Below the pieces are notes generated by a model. It searched no databases. It saw only the letters and a program-made list of their open reading frames with translations, and had not been told where the DNA came from. Shown in pieces: positions 1 through 8,236 of a DNA stretch of 64,000 nucleotides. The stretch lies in sequence record KC801932. The stretch is one strand, 5' to 3'. Source of the stretch: Escherichia phage Lw1. Position numbers and translations under genes: made by a program. The first letter of the stretch is position 1. Every line of letters starts with the position of its first letter.

Positions 1-47
1 TAGTCTCTCTACGTGGCTTAGAGGCGTTTTTAAAGGTGGTTGGATAA

Positions 48-440
48 ATGGCTGTTAACCTTCGCTTACTATACAGCGATATCGACCCGAACTTAACGAA
101 AGACTGGAACAAAGACGTTACCTCCTCGAAAGGGGCGGCAGCAGTAAAGAACAGTCTAATCGGTATCGTAACGACACAAAAAGGCACACGTCCTTTCGAT
201 AGCAACTTTGGTTGTGAGATAGGAGAGCAGATTTTCGAGAACATGAACCCGTTAACAGCGGAATCAGTAAGAACCTCGATTGTATCCGCGATCCGCGCAT
301 ACGAACCCCGTGTTTACAATCTGAATGTTGAAGTGATCCCACAGTATGACGAAAACGCGATCACCGTAACCGTTTACTACAGTATCATTGATGAACCGGA
401 AGAGATTGAAAAAATCAAACTCCAGCTATCATCCTCATAA
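48..440 (+). CDS. 25: baseplate wedge subunit gp25 (lysozyme-like fold)
   Basis: 130 aa; near-collinear with recalled T4 gp25 (LYSDIDP..DWNKDV, KNSL.GI.TT.KG.RPFD..FGC, IDEPEEIEKIKLQL); terminator immediately downstream. Confidence 0.85.
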   Translation: MAVNLRLLYSDIDPNLTKDWNKDVTSSKGAAAVKNSLIGIVTTQKGTRPFDSNFGCEIGEQIFENMNPLTAESVRTSIVSAIRAYEPRVYNLNVEVIPQYDENAITVTVYYSIIDEPEEIEKIKLQLSSS

Positions 441-442
441 CA

Positions 443-476
443 AAAAGCCCCTTCCTTTCGGTTGGGGCTTTTTTAT
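443..476 (+). terminator. hairpin + U-run terminator after gene 25 (aaagccccttcctttcggttggggctttttt)
   Basis: GC stem followed by T6; identical 30-nt sequence recurs at 37722-37753. Confidence 0.7.
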
Positions 477-477
477 G

Positions 478-711
478 TTAACGGGTTTTGAGATTAACCA
501 GCCATGAAGTTTGTGTTTCTAAGCTAATCGCTTTCCAGTCATACGCGACACTATATCCAGAATAAGTTTGACACACAACAGCATTTTCATTCAGAAACTT
601 AACTTTGTGCTTCGCTTCCTCTTCGTTCAAAGCAGCGCACACGAAGTTCTTTTCATACACGCCACCGTTAGGCTGGATAATGGTTTCTTCAATCAGATAT
701 ACACTGTTCAT
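478..711 (-). CDS. hypothetical protein (77 aa)
   Basis: ORF in minus-strand gene array; overlaps next gene start by 4 nt. Confidence 0.5.
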   Translation of the reverse strand: MNSVYLIEETIIQPNGGVYEKNFVCAALNEEEAKHKVKFLNENAVVCQTYSGYSVAYDWKAISLETQTSWLVNLKTR

Positions 712-923
712 GCTAATTCCTTCTCGATTGCTTCGATGATGTGGAGAACGTAACCGTTCAATTCTTTTGCTTTGTTGGCGGCTTCAACCATACCGTAACG
801 AGGAACTTCTAAAACGTTCGCACCTTCGAGCAGGTTGCTTTCGATGTCTACGATTACGTAGCTTTCACCGATTACCGCGCCTTTTCTCCAGTCTTTTACG
901 AATTTCATCATTTTAGCTTTCAT
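708..923 (-). CDS. hypothetical protein (72 aa; start moved to internal ATG MKAKMM)
   Basis: AGGAACGAG RBS before internal ATG at 923; the upstream extension to 983 only reads through the conserved PeSL-like cassette. Confidence 0.5.
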   Translation of the reverse strand: MKAKMMKFVKDWRKGAVIGESYVIVDIESNLLEGANVLEVPRYGMVEAANKAKELNGYVLHIIEAIEKELA

Positions 924-945
924 TTTCTCGTTCCTTTTGGCTGTT

Positions 946-1000
946 CCGTTTCGATATGTGTAATATAGCAAAGCCCTCACCATTAGGCAAGGGCTTTTTG
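946..1000 (-). promoter_or_regulatory. PeSL-like cassette 1 (hairpin + TGnTATATT extended -10 + ACACATATCGAAAC)
   Basis: minus-strand reading: hairpin, TGCTATATT, conserved leader, RBS, ATG; one of six near-identical copies. Confidence 0.6.
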
Positions 1001-1005
1001 TATTT

Positions 1006-1650
1006 TTAGAACTTATTATACAGGATGAAGTTTATTCCTATAGAATTCAATGCTTTACATGCAGCATCGAGGTCTTTAGGTTCTATTTCGATGCTATACT
1101 TAATGCTCTTGAGTACAGGAACTGTTTCGGATTCAAAAGAATCAAGAGTAGGAGTTTCCTGAACTGGTTCTGATGATTTCGTAATCACAATTGATTCCAG
1201 TTCGGATTGAAAGCGCGAAATCGCTTTCTTGTTTGCATACTTGAATTCTTTTGCGTATGCAAACAGCGCACGAATTTTCGAACGGGTTGTGACTACCGTA
1301 CTTTCCTTGTACTCAGCACTACGCAGAAACGATTTGTTGTTGATAAACATTTCTGCTGCAACCAGATTGTTTTTGTTGAAGTATGCTATCATTTCGCTCC
1401 GAGAATGAGTATATACAAATACATACACTTCACGATCTACTGTATACAGACGAGTATATACATGGGCTAAAAATAGATTTTCGCATACCTTATTAAAACG
1501 GTCTTCATTACTGATTGTTGAATTTCGTCTTTCTTTTGTATACGCGGAAAATGCAGAGGATTTGAAGTTCTTAGAGAGTTCTTCTATTTCCTCAATCGTT
1601 TTACCGACCATTAACCTCAACAGTTTTTCATTTTTTGATACATAAGCCAT
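1006..1650 (-). CDS. hypothetical protein (214 aa)
   Basis: ORF with no recognised motif. Confidence 0.5.
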   Translation of the reverse strand: MAYVSKNEKLLRLMVGKTIEEIEELSKNFKSSAFSAYTKERRNSTISNEDRFNKVCENLFLAHVYTRLYTVDREVYVFVYTHSRSEMIAYFNKNNLVAAEMFINNKSFLRSAEYKESTVVTTRSKIRALFAYAKEFKYANKKAISRFQSELESIVITKSSEPVQETPTLDSFESETVPVLKSIKYSIEIEPKDLDAACKALNSIGINFILYNKF

Positions 1651-1666
1651 ATTTCAATTTCTCTTT

Positions 1667-1957
1667 TTAGTGCATAAAAGATTTGATGTAGGTCACAATA
1701 TGTTCCCGACACGAGTCTACTGAGGTGTTTTCAGCAATAGCTGCATTGCAGAAGATTTCACCATCAAGCCAAAACGACAGCAGATATTGAATATCCCTTC
1801 CTTCGTTTTCCTCCTGGTGTTTCTTGATCCGTTCAAAGGCATCTTCGACGCTTTCGGTAGCGGTCAACAGTTCAGAATCACCATCAACCCCAGCCATTTC
1901 CCCAGCTTCTTCGCTGAATTCGCTTTCCAGTTCTTCCCAGTATACGATCGTTATCAT
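1667..1957 (-). CDS. hypothetical highly acidic protein (96 aa)
   Basis: about 23 Asp/Glu versus about 6 Lys/Arg, strongly negative net charge. Confidence 0.5.
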   Translation of the reverse strand: MITIVYWEELESEFSEEAGEMAGVDGDSELLTATESVEDAFERIKKHQEENEGRDIQYLLSFWLDGEIFCNAAIAENTSVDSCREHIVTYIKSFMH

Positions 1958-2090
1958 TGATTACCCCAAACAGATTTTACATTTACAGAGAGGACATTCT
2001 GCCTCTTTAACGCGTAGGCGTTTCGTTGTTGTCTTCTTTGCCGTATTGTGATCATATACATGAAGACAACGGAAGCAGATCACCAAACGT

Positions 2091-2558
2091 TTAGCCGTCA
2101 TAACCGCCACCGCATTTAACATCACCTTCAATGAACAGTTCGCGGTTGTCTCTCAAAAGATTGTATTTCTTTTCGAGTTCCGGCCCGAATGCGTCAGCGT
2201 CTTCATAATAGCTATAATTATAACAACCGCATTCATCATCCCATTCAGGATCATCACCGCATTCGTTGAAATGTACCACTTTGATATCATCAACGCCCAG
2301 TTCTTTCATTTTATTCCAGATATACCGGATGTCAACGCTATGATAACTGAATGCTTCAAGGGTGATACTATCACCATCAATTTGAGGAATACCCCATTTA
2401 GAACGTTGGTCATCGGTAATGATATCCAGTAAAGATTCTACGTTTTCATGTCCGTAAATCTTCGCGACCTCTTCCTCTTTACCAGGACGAACAAGCCCGA
2501 TCCCGATAATAAAGCTACTGCTTGAACTGTTACTTACAAAACCAGAACGGATCTTCAT
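2091..2558 (-). CDS. hypothetical protein with N-terminal leader MKIRSGFVSNSSSSSFI (paralog A, 155 aa)
   Basis: first 17 aa identical to ORF 5968-6480, remainder unrelated; ATGA start/stop overlap with upstream membrane-protein gene. Confidence 0.6.
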   Translation of the reverse strand: MKIRSGFVSNSSSSSFIIGIGLVRPGKEEEVAKIYGHENVESLLDIITDDQRSKWGIPQIDGDSITLEAFSYHSVDIRYIWNKMKELGVDDIKVVHFNECGDDPEWDDECGCYNYSYYEDADAFGPELEKKYNLLRDNRELFIEGDVKCGGGYDG

Positions 2559-2746
2559 CGTCTTACCTCGTATTTCGCGTTCTCAGCGATTTTTTCTTGA
2601 TAGATGTTATATGACATTACCAGAGGCGCAATCGCCACGATAAGCCCTATAAAGCACACAGAGAACTCACGTTTATTGAAAGCCAGGAACGCAATTGCGC
2701 TCCCGACTACAAACACACCTAATGCCAGTAAGAAGAATAGCGTCAT
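2555..2746 (-). CDS. small membrane protein (63 aa, two predicted TM helices)
   Basis: hydrophobic segments LLALGVFVVGSAIAFLAF and FIGLIVAIAPLVM. Confidence 0.5.
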   Translation of the reverse strand: MTLFFLLALGVFVVGSAIAFLAFNKREFSVCFIGLIVAIAPLVMSYNIYQEKIAENAKYEVRR

Positions 2747-3360
2747 TTCGGCAACGTGTCCATTTTGCGTGATTTTTCCAACAGGGTTTTGATTACCGTA
2801 TCCATCGCCTGTTCTGTATCACCATCATGATAGATGATCGCGGTTTGATGCAAACCTTTCACCAAACGATTAATAATGTACGCCATTTCGGTCGGTAACA
2901 GTTTACCCGTTTCGTTGAATTTTTCAAACAGTTTGAACAGTTCTTCGTTATTCCCTTTCTTACTGAAATTGAAATTGTGCATACCAGACAGAAGACCATC
3001 CAGATACAGAACTGTTTTGTTATCAGAGCGGAGGTGTCCACCGATTTTGTAGTAGTTGCTGAAAACGTATGGCGCTTCACGAACATCATTGATTTCTAAA
3101 CCAGCATCATCGATATTGCCTACGTGGGAGAAGAAATCCGCATCGTTATCGAACAGGTTGATCGCGCCTTTCTTGTACGGGAAGCCAGCCAGATTAATGA
3201 CCCCCTTTTCATACGCATTATCGTTATCAACGACAACGTATTCAGGAAGCATAGGGGCATACGGTTTGTTTTTGTCGTGGTTTTCGCGATACGCTAAAGG
3301 TTCAGCCAGATAGAGGATATCGCCTTGTTTGACTTCATCCCAAAAGATATTACGTGACAT
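2743..3360 (-). CDS. hypothetical protein (205 aa; start at MSRNIFWDE)
   Basis: ORF track extension to 3528 overlaps the upstream gene and is rejected; start set at the internal ATG just downstream of the 3375-3395 hairpin. Confidence 0.45.
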   Translation of the reverse strand: MSRNIFWDEVKQGDILYLAEPLAYRENHDKNKPYAPMLPEYVVVDNDNAYEKGVINLAGFPYKKGAINLFDNDADFFSHVGNIDDAGLEINDVREAPYVFSNYYKIGGHLRSDNKTVLYLDGLLSGMHNFNFSKKGNNEELFKLFEKFNETGKLLPTEMAYIINRLVKGLHQTAIIYHDGDTEQAMDTVIKTLLEKSRKMDTLPK

Positions 3361-3400
3361 ATTAAATTCCTCAATATGCCCCCTTTCGGGGGCTATTTCA

Positions 3401-5620
3401 TTACAGTTTAACTTCTTTTTCTTCCAGAACGATTTCGCAATCGAATGTTGCATCTTTCCAGAACTCATGCGGGATGATTTTGTCTGCTTTAACCGATACT
3501 TTGGTTTCTTCAAAATCCAGATCCGCAAACCAGGCGTGGCCTACAACGATACCGTACATTACACGGCTCAGGCGCTTGTTCAGTGCGCGTACTTCGTTGA
3601 TGGTTGCCTTTGTTTCTTTATCAAGGTACTCGATTACCTTATCCTTGTCAAGCGCTGCGAGTTCAGCTTTAACAGCATCGTAAGCCCACAGGATGATCAG
3701 GTCGCCGTTGTTCAGTTTCTTCTTACCTTCGGCACGTTTCGCAACAGTTGCCGCTACAGCAGGAAGGGAGGAAACACCCTTGATTTTCAGATTCAGTTCT
3801 TTCGACATATAAACATCAGTCGAATCGGTACGGGTTACTTTCGGGGAGAATCCATAATCACGAATACCCTGTTCAGATAACCATTCACCAGCGGCTTCAC
3901 CGTATTTCTGTTTCAGACCTTCGGCATTACGTAAACCGATCGCGTCGTCACGGAAGAACTTCATCACCTTCTGACGACCTTTCAGGATTTCCAGACGGAT
4001 AGAGTCGTTTACATACTCTTTACCGGAGATCCCGCGAGTCATCGCACGGTTAACCAGAGGCAGACTTGTAAAGTCAACCAGTACCGACATGCGGTCTTCA
4101 CCGATTTTTGCCAGCGGCTTGATAGTCAAACCAGAAGCGCGAAGGTTTTTCAGTGTCGGAATATCGGTTTCCAGTGGCAGAACCTTAACGTTTACGATCC
4201 CATCTTTAACGATGGTGAAGTTACGCACCTGCTTAGTTTCGATTTTTTCCGGCAGTCCCAGTTCTTTCTGTTTGCTTTCTGGGATAGTTACGTAACCTTG
4301 CAGATCCGTGTTAATGGAAATGTTAGGACGTGAACTGTTGCCGACCAGATGTTTAACCGATACTTTGGTTGTTGTCTGGGTAAATTTCGGTGTCCATATT
4401 TCGTGCGTTACCATTTGTGCGGCTAATGCTTTGCGTTCTTCCGGTGTTTTCGCATTTGCGATCTGTTCTGACAGTTGATCCAGAGTATCATCTTCTTTCT
4501 GTACTGTCTGACGGCCTGTACGGTTGTACGCCCAGTGTTCAGAAGACAGGTCGATCACTGTGTCAGTTTCTGCCAGCAGTTCGAGAGCATCAACCAGAGT
4601 GAATGCGTTTTCGTCTGGAACCATGTTGTAATCAACACCTTCAATCAGACGTTTACCCGCATCAACTACCGCTTCCGCGATCAGGTCTTTGGCGTTGGAA
4701 TAATCCTGCTTAGTAAAGCAGTTATCGTAAGCCTTAATCAGACGAACGTCACCGACTTTTTTCAGCACTTTCCATGCCAGATCAGGGTTCATGGTATGAA
4801 GTGCATGATACAGAACCACGTACAGAACCTGTTCACCTTCCATCGTAGCCGGATCAAATCCGTCGATATCGTTGATTGCGTTTTCACCCAGCGCCCAGAT
4901 GTTTTTGATGTGTTCTGGAACCAGTACAACACCATTTGCAGCGTTCAGGACATACACGCGCCCTTCGTCCAGATAGATCGCATGGGTAGCGTCACCGACC
5001 TTGACTTCAACACGCGGTGATGTTTGCGCGGTGATGATTTCAGCAAATGCTGGCTCGTATGCGTCGAAACCTTCAACGAATTTATGCAATGCGTTGGTTG
5101 CTTCTGCCATTTTTTCCAGCAGCGGACGGTTTACATAATAACCGTATTCCAAGAACGCGATGCTGTTAAAAGTCAGCGGGAGAACCGCACACGCTTTCAG
5201 GATGTCATCGGTACGCCAGCAGTTATCATAACCATCCGTAAGGAAGATCAGGCTGTTCAGATTGCCGTTTTCGGATTGCAGATCAGTTGCGATTTCCGCA
5301 GCCAGGTTCAGAGGTTCAACGAAACCAGTACAACCAGTGGGTTTCAGATAGCGGTCGATCGCGGTGCAGATGTTAGTCAGATCGGATACGTTGCTAACCT
5401 TCTCACCACGGAACACAGTACCGTAATCGCCTTTGCTGGAGAAGTACAGAATCGAAACTGTATCATCCTGTTTAACCAGACTCGCCAGGTTTGCTTTCAG
5501 ATGTTTACGGATTTTCGGGAGTTCGTTATACATAGAACCGGAAACGTCACACACGAAAACGTGGTTGGTCGGAGTCGGCTTCGATACTGCGTTTTTGAAT
5601 TCGATATTTGTAATTGACAT
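3401..5620 (-). CDS. von Willebrand factor A (vWA) domain protein, 739 aa
   Basis: N-terminal MIDAS-type motif VFVCDVSGSM ... LYFSS ... FLTDG (DxSxS..T..D); long C-terminal region of unknown function. Confidence 0.6.
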   Translation of the reverse strand: MSITNIEFKNAVSKPTPTNHVFVCDVSGSMYNELPKIRKHLKANLASLVKQDDTVSILYFSSKGDYGTVFRGEKVSNVSDLTNICTAIDRYLKPTGCTGFVEPLNLAAEIATDLQSENGNLNSLIFLTDGYDNCWRTDDILKACAVLPLTFNSIAFLEYGYYVNRPLLEKMAEATNALHKFVEGFDAYEPAFAEIITAQTSPRVEVKVGDATHAIYLDEGRVYVLNAANGVVLVPEHIKNIWALGENAINDIDGFDPATMEGEQVLYVVLYHALHTMNPDLAWKVLKKVGDVRLIKAYDNCFTKQDYSNAKDLIAEAVVDAGKRLIEGVDYNMVPDENAFTLVDALELLAETDTVIDLSSEHWAYNRTGRQTVQKEDDTLDQLSEQIANAKTPEERKALAAQMVTHEIWTPKFTQTTTKVSVKHLVGNSSRPNISINTDLQGYVTIPESKQKELGLPEKIETKQVRNFTIVKDGIVNVKVLPLETDIPTLKNLRASGLTIKPLAKIGEDRMSVLVDFTSLPLVNRAMTRGISGKEYVNDSIRLEILKGRQKVMKFFRDDAIGLRNAEGLKQKYGEAAGEWLSEQGIRDYGFSPKVTRTDSTDVYMSKELNLKIKGVSSLPAVAATVAKRAEGKKKLNNGDLIILWAYDAVKAELAALDKDKVIEYLDKETKATINEVRALNKRLSRVMYGIVVGHAWFADLDFEETKVSVKADKIIPHEFWKDATFDCEIVLEEKEVKL

Positions 5621-5629
5621 TTAAATTTC

Positions 5630-5968
5630 TCAGTATTTGGTTGTTTTATGTGCGTTTAAAATGCTTTGGATTTTTTCGGAAATCGTTTGCTGGTCTGGTT
5701 CACATCCCAACTTACCGCCAATCACCTTATAAAAATCTTCAACAGAGCTTACGTTAAAATCCGACATATCGAAACCTAAAGAATACATATGTGGATTTGT
5801 AAATTTGTAAACACCTACATCATACTCGTTAAGGTCGAAACGTTCAAGATATTTCTTCAAAGAGAATAAATCGAACGGTAGCGGAAGATGTTGTTCAATC
5901 GATACAGGTTCCCCCAGCTTATGCGCTTTTAGCGTTGCCGCTTTCGTGTACGTCATTTCTTCTTTCAT
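5630..5968 (-). CDS. hypothetical protein (112 aa)
   Basis: ORF; ATGA overlap with upstream gene. Confidence 0.5.
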   Translation of the reverse strand: MKEEMTYTKAATLKAHKLGEPVSIEQHLPLPFDLFSLKKYLERFDLNEYDVGVYKFTNPHMYSLGFDMSDFNVSSVEDFYKVIGGKLGCEPDQQTISEKIQSILNAHKTTKY

Positions 5969-6480
5969 CAGTGGTGACTCTTTGATGTATGTTCAAGGTT
6001 ACGGAAGATGTCGCCGTGTTCCATTTGTGTTCCAACAGGTCCGCATTCATCCGAGTAAGTAAACTCGTAGATAAACACACCGTTCTGATTACCGTACTTC
6101 ATGTTGTACTCTTCATACAACCACATCTTGATCAGAGCGTCTTTCTCTTCGGTTTCTAAATCGTACCAATCCCGACCATCATATGCAAGCGCAATTTGAG
6201 GATTTGAACGATAACGGGTTTCCGCGCTATCTTCGGTTTCCCAATCATAACGCTTATCGTCATAAAACGATTCAAAGCTGTTACCCATATGACCGCCCAA
6301 ATCACGGTGTACATGGTTGATCACTTCTTCGGATGTCAGCGACGGGGTATAGTAACCGCACGTAGGATGACAGTCACCCATCATTTCGCGCAGGTTGTCG
6401 ATATTAGTCGGATCTTTCGGGAACCGGACAATGAAACTACTTGATGAGCTATTGCTCACAAAACCAGAACGGATTTTCAT
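5968..6480 (-). CDS. hypothetical protein with N-terminal leader MKIRSGFVSNSSSSSFI (paralog B, 170 aa)
   Basis: same 17-aa N-terminus as 2091-2558, encoded with synonymous differences; ATGA overlap with upstream gene. Confidence 0.6.
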   Translation of the reverse strand: MKIRSGFVSNSSSSSFIVRFPKDPTNIDNLREMMGDCHPTCGYYTPSLTSEEVINHVHRDLGGHMGNSFESFYDDKRYDWETEDSAETRYRSNPQIALAYDGRDWYDLETEEKDALIKMWLYEEYNMKYGNQNGVFIYEFTYSDECGPVGTQMEHGDIFRNLEHTSKSHH

Positions 6481-6728
6481 TGTGCATCCTCAAAATTAAT
6501 TAAATCTTTTGTAATCGTAGGTATGTCTTTTTTCGAAACGGTCGCGTTACACAACAGTTTCCCCGTGAAACCATCGTATATACTGACGCTATAATAGGCA
6601 CACGTACATTTGACTTTCTCTAGTCTTTTCATTTCGTCAATGATTACATGGATGGAAACGGATGTCGCCTTTAAATCAACTAATTCATAATAATCATGCG
6701 ATACAGTTTCAAGAGTATAGATATTCAT
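6477..6728 (-). CDS. hypothetical protein (83 aa)
   Basis: ORF in overlapping gene chain. Confidence 0.45.
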   Translation of the reverse strand: MNIYTLETVSHDYYELVDLKATSVSIHVIIDEMKRLEKVKCTCAYYSVSIYDGFTGKLLCNATVSKKDIPTITKDLINFEDAQ

Positions 6729-6934
6729 GGTTTGCCTTTTGTTTCGGATTTCAGGACGATGTTACTGTAAGGATCTTTTGCTACCAGTTCCCACAGGTCG
6801 CCAGGGTGTTCACCGCTACGGTAAACCGACGAACATATAATCTCATTAAATTTGCTTACGGCTTCGTCGATGTCGTCATACCCGTGTTTGAGGGGCTTAC
6901 GATTACACCGGATGAAAAACATTTCTTTATTCAT
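6725..6934 (-). CDS. hypothetical protein (69 aa)
   Basis: ORF in overlapping gene chain. Confidence 0.45.
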   Translation of the reverse strand: MNKEMFFIRCNRKPLKHGYDDIDEAVSKFNEIICSSVYRSGEHPGDLWELVAKDPYSNIVLKSETKGKP

Positions 6935-7205
6935 TGACTTTCACCATATTAGACATTATTTCTTCAAATGTCACGGGAATTTCTTTAGGATCGCGATCAC
7001 CATCGTCCCATTCCTCTCGATGTCCTTTAATTTTGCTAACTGCGATCTTTTTGTCGTTTTCCCACACGGTTACTTCAATGCGGTCGCCAACGTAAGGAAA
7101 GCTGGGGTGTTTGTTGATTGCATCAACACAGGTTTGGAGGGATTCAGAGACTTGAATGACTTCACCGAAATCATAATCTCCATGACGGGCCAGAACATAG
7201 ATCAT
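6927..7205 (-). CDS. hypothetical protein (92 aa)
   Basis: ORF in overlapping gene chain. Confidence 0.45.
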   Translation of the reverse strand: MIYVLARHGDYDFGEVIQVSESLQTCVDAINKHPSFPYVGDRIEVTVWENDKKIAVSKIKGHREEWDDGDRDPKEIPVTFEEIMSNMVKVNE

Positions 7206-7375
7206 AGAACCCCCAGGGTGCGCCCCATTTTACTCATGATATCAGCAAATATCATGAAGTTGACAATAAACACAACGACAATACAAATATTAGATGTTAT
7301 GCGATGCCCTCGTTCGGCACATGCCATAGAAAGATATAACAACACATAAAGGAAAACAATTATTAGCCATAGCAT
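7202..7375 (-). CDS. small membrane protein (57 aa; start at MLWLII)
   Basis: GAGGA RBS 9 nt upstream of ATG at 7375; hydrophobic throughout. Confidence 0.45.
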   Translation of the reverse strand: MLWLIIVFLYVLLYLSMACAERGHRITSNICIVVVFIVNFMIFADIMSKMGRTLGVL

Positions 7376-7385
7376 AATATAATCC

Positions 7386-7589
7386 TCACTGGATATAGCG
7401 GTTGTAGTTGACGTGCCACATGAGACTTGACACAACATCATAAGCAAGCAAAGAGAACAAGACAAAAGTCACTATCAAAAGGATAGCTAACCAAGTAGTT
7501 CCGATCTGGTGTTTTGAAGATAACAACAAACACACGATACTGACAAAAGAAAGTACAGTGATAACAAGCATCACGATTGAAGGGGCCAT
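7386..7589 (-). CDS. small membrane protein (67 aa)
   Basis: two hydrophobic helices; GAGGA RBS; preceded by terminator hairpin 7607-7622. Confidence 0.5.
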   Translation of the reverse strand: MAPSIVMLVITVLSFVSIVCLLLSSKHQIGTTWLAILLIVTFVLFSLLAYDVVSSLMWHVNYNRYIQ

Positions 7590-7630
7590 AATACAATCCT
7601 CACAAAAGCCCCTTTCGGGGCTTGATTTAA

Positions 7631-7909
7631 TCAGTGTCCGAACACACCACGAATTGATTCAGCGAAAGCGTAGAACGCGGGGTTGTTTTCTTTCAACATT
7701 GCTTCTGATTTCAAAAGATACTCACCTTTAAACTTAGTACCAAACAGACAGTAAGAGAAAGAGCGATCCCACATGAAGCAGTTGTAATACTCACCACAAC
7801 GAACTTCAACCATCACGTAACCAGGATTAGAACCTTCGGCATACTCTTTCAGGAGGTTGTATTTCGCATCAGCACCAGGAAAACCAGCCAGCAAATCGTT
7901 GTAAGTCAT
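7631..7909 (-). CDS. hypothetical protein (92 aa)
   Basis: ORF followed by hairpin terminator. Confidence 0.5.
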   Translation of the reverse strand: MTYNDLLAGFPGADAKYNLLKEYAEGSNPGYVMVEVRCGEYYNCFMWDRSFSYCLFGTKFKGEYLLKSEAMLKENNPAFYAFAESIRGVFGH

Positions 7910-7981
7910 GATGTATTCCTTTTTCGGTTTCGTTTCAACAAGGACACTGTATTATAATTCAATCATCATTGCAAGCACTTT

Positions 7982-8236
7982 TTAAAAAAGATGCGTTAAA
8001 TGTCCTGCATTGCTGGGGTATTCGACGTAATCACCACGGAAGATGTTCAAATCTTTATCAAATTTAAACCCATGTCCTTGAACATCTTCATGACGAGATA
8101 CATAAGATACTCCATACTTTTCAAGGTCTTCCATATACATTTCGGTGATTCTCTTCGCTTTATCCAATCCGCGTCCCTCAAATCGAGAACGTCGATAATT
8201 CGCAAGAAGAAACGCATATAATTCTTCGTATGTCAT
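7982..8236 (-). CDS. hypothetical protein (84 aa)
   Basis: ORF; overlaps upstream methyltransferase gene end. Confidence 0.45.
   Translation of the reverse strand: MTYEELYAFLLANYRRSRFEGRGLDKAKRITEMYMEDLEKYGVSYVSRHEDVQGHGFKFDKDLNIFRGDYVEYPSNAGHLTHLF

Noticed and set aside
3329-5624. Plus-strand ORFs 3329-3880, 4475-5020, 5024-5617 and 5433-5624 listed by the ORF track
   Set aside because: They lie antisense within the 739-aa vWA gene, have no RBS context and give low-complexity translations; treated as shadow ORFs
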